NCBI GenBank assembly: GCA_964453345.1
Contig: CAYVOC010000012.1
Location: 5,013 to 37,597, forward strand
Length of the DNA stretch: 32,585 bases
From: an uncultured Aquificales bacterium
Lineage (GTDB): Bacteria > Thermosulfidibacterota > Thermosulfidibacteria > Thermosulfidibacterales > Thermosulfidibacteraceae
Direction of reading: 5' to 3'
Shown here: piece after piece, positions 17,278 through 26,344 of the stretch
Numbering within the stretch: the first letter of the stretch is position 1
Layout: each line of letters opens with the position of its first letter
Made by a program: the position numbers and the translations under genes
The notes under the pieces: model-generated
Told to the model about the DNA's origin: nothing
The model's input: the letters and a program-made list of their open reading frames with translations, nothing else
The model's database searches: none

Positions 17278-19296
17278 ATGAGAAAAGGGTGGGGTCGCTA
17301 TTTTCTGGGTGTTATTCTCAGCGTTTTTATTTGTGCATGTGCTAATGAAATGACGGCCAAGTATAAAACTGCAAAACAGCTGGAGATGAAGGGTGATGAA
17401 AAGAATGCTTTAGTTATTTACAGAGAACTCTGCTACAAGGCTTCCGAGTATGATCGTAAAAAATACTGTGGAGAATACCATAGGCTTCAAAGGGAAATAG
17501 AAGAGGATCTCGTTCATAGAGTCAAAAGTTCCATAGCGGAGGCAAAGGACAAATACGGGATTGTGCCGATGAACCTTTTGGATTCTATGGAGTCAGAAGT
17601 CAGAAGCTATCAGGGGCTTATAGGTGACAATAAGATAGATGATCTTTTGAAGCTTATATCCTCGGAAAGGGAGAGAACGAAGGCCCAGATTGATAGAGTG
17701 ATTTCTAAGGTTGAGGAGCTAAAGAAGGAAAGGAAATATCAGCAGGCCTATCTACTGTTGAAAAGAAGTCTATTTCTTGCCCCTTCTCTGTTTGAGAAGG
17801 AGATAGAAGATCTTAAAAAGAAGGCCTATAGGGATCTGATGTCGGAGGTGAAAAGACTTGTAGCTGAGGAGCGCTGGCATTTTGCGAGGGAAAGGTTGGA
17901 GTTCCTAAAGGAACTTAATCCAACTAAAGAGGTGCTTTCTTTATATAATGAGCTCGGGAAAAAGGACAGCATAGAGTATTACATAAGGCTGGCTGATGAG
18001 GCCAAGGCGAAGAAGGACTTTGAAAGGGCCTTGAAGTATTACAGGCTCGCCGTTGAGCAGTTCAGGGAGGCTAAGGCCAGGGTTTTACCCCTTATGCAGA
18101 AAACCCTTATGGAGCTTGCTCTTTTCTACTTTCAGCAGGGTGAGTCCCAGATGGAACAGGGATTCATGGCGCAGGCTTACTTCTCCTTTAAAAGGGCAAT
18201 GGAGTATCTTAACCAGCTTCCTGTGGAGCAGAGGGGGCTGGTTCTCCGTTCTGTTACAGGGCTGAACCGTTACTATGATAGTCTCTATGTGAAGGCCAAA
18301 AAGTATGAGGATGAGGGCAAATTTGGTGTAGCCTACTTCTTCTATCTGATGATTCACGACCTCAATCCTGTCTATCCAGGGATAAAGAAGGACCTTACAA
18401 GGGTGGAGAAGATGCTCGGTGACAGGGCTATAAAAAAGCTCGCTGTTTTGACCTTTAAAAGTCCCAAGTATGCTCCTGATGCGGGGAGTCTCATAACTTC
18501 GGGCATCATCATAAAGCTTCACGATTATCTCAGGGGGGACGTGAATCTGATAGAGAGGGAGGCCTTGGCTGAGTTGATGAAGGAGATGGAGCTGAAGCTT
18601 GCCGCATCCCAGGGGCGGGGACCCACTGAAAGTATAAAGCTTACAGGGGCGGATTACTTTGTCATAGGTGAGGCTCTGGATTACAAGGTGGATACCATTG
18701 AGCAGACCAGTAAGAAGACGGTGAGGGTAAAGACGGGAGTGGAGAGGGTCCCTAATCCCGAGTATAACAGGTGGCTTGCTGTGGCTGAAAAGATGCGCAT
18801 GAGAGGGGAAACTCCCCCGCCTGCGCCGCCCAGATACATAGAGAAGCCGGTTTATAATTTTATCTCCTACACGGTGAAATACATAAAGAAGGTGGGAATA
18901 GTCAGTGCCAGTTACAGGGTGGTGGATGTGGAAGGAGATGTTCTTTATACGGGTTCTGCTGAAAGCAAGAAGGTCTTTTCTGATGAGTCCACGGAAGGTG
19001 TGGAGGTGGGAGATTTTAAAGTGCCCTTTAAGGTCGCCAATCTTCCGACTGATTCTGAGATACTGAGGAAGGCAAGGGAAGAGGTGGTGGAGAAGATTGC
19101 AAGAAGCATTCAAAAGTTGTTTGCCCACAGTGAAAAGAAGTATCTTGATAGGGCTGAGCAGTTCCAGAATCAGGGTAATTATCAGCAGGCTGTTGAGAAT
19201 TATGCGAATGCTCTGGTGATAATGAAGATAAAGGGATTACCCTTCAAATCTGTAGAGGAAAAAGCCATAAAACTGCTGGATCTGGTGGAAATGTGA
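17278..19296 (+). CDS. Lipoprotein with TPR-like helical repeats and a CsgG/TolB-N-like domain
   Basis: Signal peptide ending in a lipobox-like VFICAC; TPR-like helices (KDFERALKYYRLA, QAYFSFKRA, GNYQQAVENYANA); KLAVLTF...LIERE.L..LMKE.EL...GADYFVIG...YRVVDV.G pattern of the CsgG/HfaB-like fold. Confidence 0.65.
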   Translation: MRKGWGRYFLGVILSVFICACANEMTAKYKTAKQLEMKGDEKNALVIYRELCYKASEYDRKKYCGEYHRLQREIEEDLVHRVKSSIAEAKDKYGIVPMNLLDSMESEVRSYQGLIGDNKIDDLLKLISSERERTKAQIDRVISKVEELKKERKYQQAYLLLKRSLFLAPSLFEKEIEDLKKKAYRDLMSEVKRLVAEERWHFARERLEFLKELNPTKEVLSLYNELGKKDSIEYYIRLADEAKAKKDFERALKYYRLAVEQFREAKARVLPLMQKTLMELALFYFQQGESQMEQGFMAQAYFSFKRAMEYLNQLPVEQRGLVLRSVTGLNRYYDSLYVKAKKYEDEGKFGVAYFFYLMIHDLNPVYPGIKKDLTRVEKMLGDRAIKKLAVLTFKSPKYAPDAGSLITSGIIIKLHDYLRGDVNLIEREALAELMKEMELKLAASQGRGPTESIKLTGADYFVIGEALDYKVDTIEQTSKKTVRVKTGVERVPNPEYNRWLAVAEKMRMRGETPPPAPPRYIEKPVYNFISYTVKYIKKVGIVSASYRVVDVEGDVLYTGSAESKKVFSDESTEGVEVGDFKVPFKVANLPTDSEILRKAREEVVEKIARSIQKLFAHSEKKYLDRAEQFQNQGNYQQAVENYANALVIMKIKGLPFKSVEEKAIKLLDLVEM

Positions 19297-19297
19297 T

Positions 19298-22201
19298 ATG
19301 AGATGGATGCTCTCTGTTTTAGTGGTGGCGCTTTTAGTGGTTTCCCCTGAGTCTTCCAGCGCTTTCAGCATCCTGGATACCTTAGGTAAGGTTAAGGACA
19401 AGGCGGTTTCCCTTGTGAGGAAGGATGTTCCCCAGACGGTTGCCGTTTTGCCCGTTCTGGGGAACGGAACCCAGGAGGACAAGAGGCTTTTGAGGGAGAC
19501 CTTCAACAATCATATAAGTTCCAAGAAATTTTTGAATATCAAGCTGGAGGATGTGGATGTAAGAATTGCCGAACTGGAAAAGGAGACGGGCAAGAAGTGG
19601 TATCAGCTTGATTACAAAACCCTTGGCAGAAAGTTAGGCGTAGATGGTCTTTTTGTTCTTGAGCTTTTGCAGGTGCAGAAGATCTATGCGGCTGTTTTTG
19701 CCAGTCTTTCTATAAAGGTGAGAGTATCCTTCATCAGAGTGAAGGACGGTAAGGTTATATGGCGTAAGACGGAGTCTGTCGCCAAAAGAAGCGGAGGGCT
19801 TCCCACCTCCCCGTGGAGCGCCATATCCACCGCCATTTCCTCCGCTTTGGTTTTGAGGGAGAGTGTGAAGATAGCCCTTATGGATGAGTTGTGCAGGAAA
19901 CTTGCCAGCGAGATTCCTGAGCCTCCCAAGGCTGTAGTGAGAAAACCTCCCGCCATCTTCGCCGTTATCACCAACGCGAAGGATAGTCCCTTTGGTATAG
20001 GAAAGGAAGTGCTGGTGGCGGTGAGGGCCAAGGAGGGATGCCTTGCCTATATGGAGATAAAGGGGATTAATGCTAAGATAAAACTTCTTGAGTCCAGTCC
20101 GGGGTATTACTTAGGCAAATATGTGGTGTCTGAGGGGGACAGCCTCAAGAACGGGCACATAAGGATAACCCTCTTTGATCCCGAAACCAGATTAGAGAAC
20201 GAGTATGTGGTTCAGTATCCCGTTGAGATAGATGGGATCCCTCCCGCTCCTGTTTCAGGGCTTAGGGTGAGTAATACGGGCAAGGGGCTTCACCTTGCCT
20301 GGAACAGGGTTGAGGATGCGGTTGAGTATGTGGTGGAGAGGAACCTGGGAAGCAAGTTTGTTCAGCTTGGAGTGACCCAGATACCTGAATTTTACGATGG
20401 TAATGTTACGGAGGGTGTGAGCTATTACTATCGGATTTACTCTAAGGACAGGGCCGGAAACCTTAGCAAACCTGTTGTGAAAAAGGTAACCTATGTGAAG
20501 CCTGGCCCCACTTTTCTCCCTGCGAATCTGGTGGGGGTCGTAAACTTGTATGCTGCAGGAAGCCCCTATGTTGTTAACGGCACGGTGACGGTGGTAAAGG
20601 GCGCCCGGGTTGTGATTGAGGGGGGCACAGTAGTTTCCTTTGAGCCGGGAAGTCTTCTTTTGATCAGGGGTAAACTTTTGGCTGAGGGTGAGGGAGACAG
20701 AACAGTTTTCAGAGGGGAGGGCTACAGGATAAGGGTGGAGGATGCAGGCGAGGACGCCCTGGTGTTGAGGGATGCCCTGCTTGAGGGTGGGCGTGCCGTT
20801 GAAATAGTAAATAGCGGTGCTTCTTTTGAGGATGTGATTTCCAGGGGATTTGAAGATGGGGTTGTTCTTGAGGGTGGAGGGTTGTTGGAGGCGGACGGAT
20901 TTTTGATTGAGAACGCGAAAAGAGGAGTGGTGTTGAAGGGGGGAGCTTTATCTGGGAAGGTCTGGATAAAGAAATCTGATTGCGCCCTGTGGTATGAGTC
21001 GGGAAGCCTTTCAGAGGCTGAAGTGAAGTTTGGGAGTAACAGGGTTTATGTGAATGCCCTTTCGCCTCTTACCCTGCCTGAGGTGGAGATAGAGGGTGAT
21101 GTGGAAAAAAGACTGCAGGATTTTGTTGCAGGGCTGAAGAACTGTTCCATATCGCTTATCAAGCCGTTGAACCTTTCATCAAAGCAGCTGAAGGAAAGGT
21201 TATATGAGAACCTGAAGCTTTCAGTGATAAAGGCGCTTCTTACGGGTAATCGGGAGGGTATTGAAACTTCTGTTAAGCTTGCTTTTGCAAGCTTTAAGGA
21301 GAATACCTTCAAGGATAGAGAGTTTTGGGCCTATGTTTTCAATCTCTTAGGTAGAAAACAGGATGCCCGGCTGTATCTTGCCGCCCTTCCTCAAAGGCAG
21401 CGTGATTTTTTGGAAAAGGCCTTTGAGGGCAAAGGGATGGTGGTGATGTTGAAAGAGGTGAGGGTGCCCAGGATGATGGCGGCAGGTGGCTGGGAGCTTT
21501 TTGCCAAGAGAGCTAAAGAGAGGGCGGTTTACGATTACATAGAAAGTGCTGTTCCTAAGCTCACGGTTAAGAAACGGCTGATAGTGGAGAAGGAGATTAT
21601 GCCTTCTATTGATAGTTATGTGCCCTTTGTGACCTTTCTCGGAAAGCGGGAGGGAGATATATCCTCCTCCTACTATTTTATGGTGGTCCTGGACAGGGAG
21701 AGGCTCACCAAGGATCTTGTATATTACAATGTTATGGTCCCCGAGAAAAGGGATACAAAACTTGCTCTTGTGCTGTGTCTTCAGGGGTCTGTGGTGGATA
21801 GGGTGAAGGTCTTTTTAGGGGATTTGAGATACAGCTACATCACCCTTCCCTGTAGGGAAGGAGCATCGGTTGCGGACTATTTGAAGAGTCTGAAGGGATC
21901 CAAGGTTGATTTGCTTTTGCTCTTCAACTCTGCGGTTACCAAGATGAAAAGCAAACTGGGAACAAATCTCTTTCTTTATAATGCGGTGATAAATCTCGCT
22001 GTGGTAGATGTAGCATCTGGAAAAGAGATAGCTTCCTGTTCCGGTGGAGGCTTCACATATCATTTTAACGATGCGGAAGGGAAGAAGGCGGCTCTTTTAA
22101 ATGCCTTTGAGAAGATAGCTGATAGTTTAAGTGCTAAGCTGTTGATGTATGAGAGGAAAAAGGCAGAAGGGAAAAGAGTCGCGGACAAGTCTGAGCAGTG
22201 A
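19298..22201 (+). CDS. Large exported mosaic protein: DUF799/GNA1162-like domain, Ig-like, FN3, beta-helix, C-terminal alpha/beta domain
   Basis: Sec signal peptide (…SSSA|FS). PQTVAVLP…LGRKLGVDGL…YAAVFAS…DGKVIW is DUF799-like. PPAPVSGL…LAWN…Y.VER…YYYRIYSKDRAGNLS is FN3-like. SPYVVNGTVTV..GA.VVIEGGTVV marks the start of a beta-helix. Starts 1 nt after the upstream stop. Confidence 0.6.
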   Translation: MRWMLSVLVVALLVVSPESSSAFSILDTLGKVKDKAVSLVRKDVPQTVAVLPVLGNGTQEDKRLLRETFNNHISSKKFLNIKLEDVDVRIAELEKETGKKWYQLDYKTLGRKLGVDGLFVLELLQVQKIYAAVFASLSIKVRVSFIRVKDGKVIWRKTESVAKRSGGLPTSPWSAISTAISSALVLRESVKIALMDELCRKLASEIPEPPKAVVRKPPAIFAVITNAKDSPFGIGKEVLVAVRAKEGCLAYMEIKGINAKIKLLESSPGYYLGKYVVSEGDSLKNGHIRITLFDPETRLENEYVVQYPVEIDGIPPAPVSGLRVSNTGKGLHLAWNRVEDAVEYVVERNLGSKFVQLGVTQIPEFYDGNVTEGVSYYYRIYSKDRAGNLSKPVVKKVTYVKPGPTFLPANLVGVVNLYAAGSPYVVNGTVTVVKGARVVIEGGTVVSFEPGSLLLIRGKLLAEGEGDRTVFRGEGYRIRVEDAGEDALVLRDALLEGGRAVEIVNSGASFEDVISRGFEDGVVLEGGGLLEADGFLIENAKRGVVLKGGALSGKVWIKKSDCALWYESGSLSEAEVKFGSNRVYVNALSPLTLPEVEIEGDVEKRLQDFVAGLKNCSISLIKPLNLSSKQLKERLYENLKLSVIKALLTGNREGIETSVKLAFASFKENTFKDREFWAYVFNLLGRKQDARLYLAALPQRQRDFLEKAFEGKGMVVMLKEVRVPRMMAAGGWELFAKRAKERAVYDYIESAVPKLTVKKRLIVEKEIMPSIDSYVPFVTFLGKREGDISSSYYFMVVLDRERLTKDLVYYNVMVPEKRDTKLALVLCLQGSVVDRVKVFLGDLRYSYITLPCREGASVADYLKSLKGSKVDLLLLFNSAVTKMKSKLGTNLFLYNAVINLAVVDVASGKEIASCSGGGFTYHFNDAEGKKAALLNAFEKIADSLSAKLLMYERKKAEGKRVADKSEQ

Positions 22202-22262
22202 AATCAGACGTTTTGCGATAGCATACTTTCCTTCGACCCCTGTTTGATGTAGTATAAATCAC

Positions 22263-24440
22263 ATGAGCAGGTTGCTTATTGTTTCCAACAGGCTTCCTGT
22301 AACTGTTTCCAAGAGCAGGGGGAAGCTTGTCTTCACCAGAAGTGTGGGCGGGGTGGCCACAGGGCTCGGTTCTATTTACAAGAGCCTCAAGAGCGTCTGG
22401 GTGGGGTGGCCGGGGATTGCCCTTGAGGATCTTGAACCCGAAGAGCTTGAGGAGGTTAAAAAGAGGCTTGCCGAGGAGAACTGTTATCCCGTCTTTTTGA
22501 GCAGGCACGAGGTGGGGCTATACTACTACGGTTTCTGCAACAAGACCATCTGGCCCCTCTTTCACTACTTCTATCTGTATATGGAGTATGAGCAGTCAAG
22601 CTATGAGACCTATGAGAGGATAAATCGCAAGTTCTGTGATGAGCTTGTTAGGATCGCCGAGGATGAGGACCTCATCTGGGTGCACGATTATCATTTGATG
22701 CTTCTCCCAGGCATGATCAGGGAGAGGATGAATGAGGCTGTTATAGGGTTCTTCCTTCACATTCCCTTCCCCACCTACGAGGTATACAGGTTGCTTCCCG
22801 TGAGGGACAGGATACTGAGGGGGCTTCTGGGATCCGATCTTGTGGGATTTCACACCTATGATTACGCTCTGCACTTTCTGGACAGCGTTACCTACCTTCT
22901 GGGGTATGAGCACACCATGGGTGAGATAGAGGTGGGGGACAGAATCGTAAAGGTTGATGCCTTCCCCATGGGCATCGATTACGAGAGGTTCTCCGGTTCC
23001 GTTGAAAACAGGAGGGTTCAGAGGGAGCTTGCCCGTCTTAAAAGGATTCTTGATGGCAGAAAGCTTATTCTTTCGGTTGATAGACTTGATTACACCAAGG
23101 GAATTGTCCACAGGCTTCAGGCCTTTGAGCTGTTTCTGGAGAAATACCCTGAGTATCTGGAGAAGGTTCACTTGATTATGATTGCCGTGCCCACCAGAAC
23201 CGGCGTTGAACATTACATGAATCTTAAGCGGGAGGTGGAGGAGCTTGTTGGAAGAATAAACGGTCGCTTTGGAACGGTGGGCTGGACTCCCATCTGGTAT
23301 ATGTATAGGTCGGTGCCCTTTGAAATCCTTGCCACCCTTTATCATGCTGCGGATGTGGCCCTTGTTACCCCCTTGAGGGATGGAATGAATCTTATTGCCA
23401 AGGAGTATCTTGCCACCAGAGAGAGGGAGGGGACCGGAGTTCTGGTGCTGAGCGAGTTTGCCGGGGCCGCCAAGGAGCTGGGGGAGGCGCTTCTGGTTAA
23501 CCCCAACGACATTGTGGGGCTGTCGGAGGCTATAAAAGAGGCCCTTGAGATGTCCGAAGAGGAGCAGCTTGAGAGGAACCAGATAATGAGGGAGCGCCTC
23601 AAGAGATACACCGTGAAAAGATGGGCCAGTGATTTTCTTGAGGCCCTGATGAAGGTTTCGAGGAAGCAGAGGGGATTGGTTCTGATGAAGGTGAACGAGT
23701 ATATCAGGAAGGGATTTGTGGAGAGGTTCGCTTCCTCTTCAAAAAGGCTATTGCTGCTTGACTACGATGGAACCCTTGTGCCCTTTGCCGAAAGGCCTGA
23801 AAAGGCGGTGCCCGATGCGGATCTTATAGACCTTCTGAAAGGTCTTTCCCGTGTCTCAAGGGTTGTTATCATCAGCGGCAGGGGCAGGGATACCCTTGAT
23901 GGATGGTTTGGTGATCTCGATGTGGGGCTTGTTGCGGAACACGGAGCGTGGGTTAAGGACAGGGAGGGCTGGCAGCTTGTGGAGTTTGTCAGCAACGAGT
24001 GGAAGAAGCATATAAGGCCCGTTATGGAGGTTTTTGTGGACAGGACACCGGGGTCCTTTATAGAGGACAAGGAGTTTTCCTTGGCGTGGCACTACAGAAG
24101 GTGCGACCCCGAGCTTGGCTCCATAAGGGCCAGGGAACTGAAGGGAACCCTCACCCAGCTTGCCGCTAACCTCAATCTTGATGTTGTTGAGGGCAACAAG
24201 GTTGTGGAGGTTAGAAACGCCAATGTCAACAAGGGAAGGGCCGCGAATTGGTGGCTTGAAAGGGACAATTGGGATTTTCTCTTCTGCGCAGGGGACGACT
24301 GGACCGATGAGGATATGTTTGAGGTGATGCCCGATGAGGCCATAACCGTTAAGGTGGGGGTTCGTTCCACAAGGGCCAAGTATATCGTTGAGTCCTACAG
24401 GGATGTCAGAAGGATACTTTCCGGCTTTCTGGAGGTATGA
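22263..24440 (+). CDS. otsAB: Bifunctional trehalose-6-phosphate synthase/phosphatase (GT20 + HAD fusion)
   Basis: [48 protein letters not shown] motifs [23 protein letters not shown]. Confidence 0.96.
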   Translation: MSRLLIVSNRLPVTVSKSRGKLVFTRSVGGVATGLGSIYKSLKSVWVGWPGIALEDLEPEELEEVKKRLAEENCYPVFLSRHEVGLYYYGFCNKTIWPLFHYFYLYMEYEQSSYETYERINRKFCDELVRIAEDEDLIWVHDYHLMLLPGMIRERMNEAVIGFFLHIPFPTYEVYRLLPVRDRILRGLLGSDLVGFHTYDYALHFLDSVTYLLGYEHTMGEIEVGDRIVKVDAFPMGIDYERFSGSVENRRVQRELARLKRILDGRKLILSVDRLDYTKGIVHRLQAFELFLEKYPEYLEKVHLIMIAVPTRTGVEHYMNLKREVEELVGRINGRFGTVGWTPIWYMYRSVPFEILATLYHAADVALVTPLRDGMNLIAKEYLATREREGTGVLVLSEFAGAAKELGEALLVNPNDIVGLSEAIKEALEMSEEEQLERNQIMRERLKRYTVKRWASDFLEALMKVSRKQRGLVLMKVNEYIRKGFVERFASSSKRLLLLDYDGTLVPFAERPEKAVPDADLIDLLKGLSRVSRVVIISGRGRDTLDGWFGDLDVGLVAEHGAWVKDREGWQLVEFVSNEWKKHIRPVMEVFVDRTPGSFIEDKEFSLAWHYRRCDPELGSIRARELKGTLTQLAANLNLDVVEGNKVVEVRNANVNKGRAANWWLERDNWDFLFCAGDDWTDEDMFEVMPDEAITVKVGVRSTRAKYIVESYRDVRRILSGFLEV

Positions 24441-25096
24441 GGATGCCTTCGGCCTTTGTGGTTAAGGATTGCACCCTCGTTCGCATCTCAACGGGTATCA
24501 GGGCCCAGAGCCTCAGGGATTTGAGGGAAGGGATAGCCTCTGTGGATGTGGACTGCATCTACTATCACTTCTGGGGAAATAAGATAGCACCGGGCTTTGA
24601 GGAGCAGGAGTATAACAACGACTTTGCCCGCTGGGTGAAGAAGGAGCTGAACGATCTGCTTCTGGCAGAAAGATTGGCCGTCGTTGATCCATCGGAGTTT
24701 GATTCTATAGAGGAGCTGAGGGAGGAGCTGGTTGATATTATTGACCAGAGGCTTGACGAGCTTGATTATCTGCCCGTTTCCAAATTTGATAGACAGTTCC
24801 ACTTTATCAAGGGCTTTATTGTGGTCTTCGATACCTACAGGCGGGTCAGCAGACCCAGGGATATGTGCGTTGAGATCCCCAAGATGAGCGTGGGAAGCAT
24901 CTATTATCACTTCGTTGATGCCAGGCGACGCAACAGCTCAGGCCTTGACGATTTCAGGTCCTGGCTGCTGGAGTTTGATGAGGACTATAGTCCGCTTATC
25001 GAGCGGATAGCCGAGATAGATCCCTTCTTCATGCAGATGACCGAGATTAGGGAACAGCTGAGCCATGCCTTCAGGAATTTCTTTATGGAGATTTGA
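24437..25096 (+). CDS. DUF5752-like protein (TreT-associated, internally duplicated)
   Basis: Two similar halves (CIYYHF…NDFARWV and SIYYHF…DDFRSWL); located between TPSP and TreT; ATGA overlap with the upstream stop. Confidence 0.75.
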   Translation: MRMPSAFVVKDCTLVRISTGIRAQSLRDLREGIASVDVDCIYYHFWGNKIAPGFEEQEYNNDFARWVKKELNDLLLAERLAVVDPSEFDSIEELREELVDIIDQRLDELDYLPVSKFDRQFHFIKGFIVVFDTYRRVSRPRDMCVEIPKMSVGSIYYHFVDARRRNSSGLDDFRSWLLEFDEDYSPLIERIAEIDPFFMQMTEIREQLSHAFRNFFMEI

Positions 25097-25098
25097 CT

Positions 25099-26334
25099 AT
25101 GGGCAGACTTGCAAGGCTTGCTGAGGTTGTAGGTTCTGATGTTGTTGAGCACCTTTATCAGCTTGCCCACTGGCTCAGGGGTGTGAGCGTTGTCCATGTC
25201 AACTCCACCAAGGAGGGGGGAGGAGTTGCCGAGATCCTCAGAAACCTTGTCCCCCTGATGCAGGAGCTGGGCATAGATGCCACCTGGGAGGTGATAGAGG
25301 GGAATGATGAGTTCTTTCAGTGCACCAAGAGCATACACAATGCCCTGCACGGACACAGCGTTGCCATCCCTGAGAGGTTGTTGAATGTCTACAGGGAGGT
25401 GAATGCCGCCAACGCCGAGAAGCTCAGGAGTGTTTTACAGGATGCCGATGTGGTCTTCGTTCACGATCCGCAACCTGCTGCCTTGATAGAGCATTTCCCG
25501 AACAGGAAGGGCAAGTGGATCTGGCGCTGTCATATAGATATAAGCAGGCCCAACAGGCCCGTCTGGAAGTTCGTAAGGCAGTTCGTTCAGAAATACGATG
25601 CCAGCATCTTTCATCTTGCCTCCTTTGCAAGAAGGCTTCCCCATCCCATGTATCTGATTCCCCCCAGTATAGACCCCTTGGGCGAGAAGAACATGCCCCT
25701 TGAGAAAAGCGAGATAGAGCAGGTTTACCAGAGGTTTGGTATAGACCTTGAGAGGCCTGTGCTCTTGCAGGTTTCCCGCTTTGACAGGCTCAAGGATCCC
25801 ATAGGGGTGATCCAGGCCTACAGGATGGTTAAGAAGTTTTTCCCCTCGGTTCAGCTGGTGCTTGCGGGGGGCGGTGCCTCCGATGATCCCGAGGGTATGG
25901 CTGTTCTGGAGGAGGTGAAGGCTGCCGCAAATGGGGAAAGAGACATACATGTGCTCTTTTTGCCCAGGGATGACAGATTGATAAACGCACTGCAGCGCGG
26001 AGCCACCATCATTATTCAGAAGTCCATAAGGGAGGGCTTTGGGCTCACCGTCACCGAGGGCATGTGGAAGGAGAAGCCTGTGATAGGCGGCGACACCGGT
26101 GGCATAAGGCTTCAGGTGATAAACCATCAGACGGGCTTTTTGGTGAGTTCCCCTGAGGGTGCGGCCCTGAGGATAAGGTATCTTCTGAGCCATCCGGAGA
26201 GAATAAGAGAAATGGGGAGAAGGGCGCACCTTTTCGTGAAGGAAAACTTTTTAATAACCAGGCACCTGAGGGATTACCTCACCGTTATGATAAGCCAGGT
26301 TTACAACATATACGAGAGGCTGGAGCTGGTTTAG
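25099..26334 (+). CDS. treT: Trehalose glycosyltransferring synthase (GT4)
   Basis: VHVNSTKEGGGVAEIL, HDPQP, WRCHID, QVSRFD..KDP.GVI, QKS.REGFGLTVTE.MWK; GGAG SD 8 nt before ATG 25099. Confidence 0.88.
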   Translation: MGRLARLAEVVGSDVVEHLYQLAHWLRGVSVVHVNSTKEGGGVAEILRNLVPLMQELGIDATWEVIEGNDEFFQCTKSIHNALHGHSVAIPERLLNVYREVNAANAEKLRSVLQDADVVFVHDPQPAALIEHFPNRKGKWIWRCHIDISRPNRPVWKFVRQFVQKYDASIFHLASFARRLPHPMYLIPPSIDPLGEKNMPLEKSEIEQVYQRFGIDLERPVLLQVSRFDRLKDPIGVIQAYRMVKKFFPSVQLVLAGGGASDDPEGMAVLEEVKAAANGERDIHVLFLPRDDRLINALQRGATIIIQKSIREGFGLTVTEGMWKEKPVIGGDTGGIRLQVINHQTGFLVSSPEGAALRIRYLLSHPERIREMGRRAHLFVKENFLITRHLRDYLTVMISQVYNIYERLELV

Positions 26335-26344
26335 GGGGTGGTGG

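Noticed and set aside
18085-19128. 347-aa minus-strand ORF
   Set aside because: Shadow of the lipoprotein gene; no family features
17278-19296. Calling the lipoprotein a true curli secretion channel (csgG)
   Set aside because: Much longer than CsgG, with TPR-like regions, and no csgA/B/E/F-like genes nearby; only fold-level resemblance is supportable
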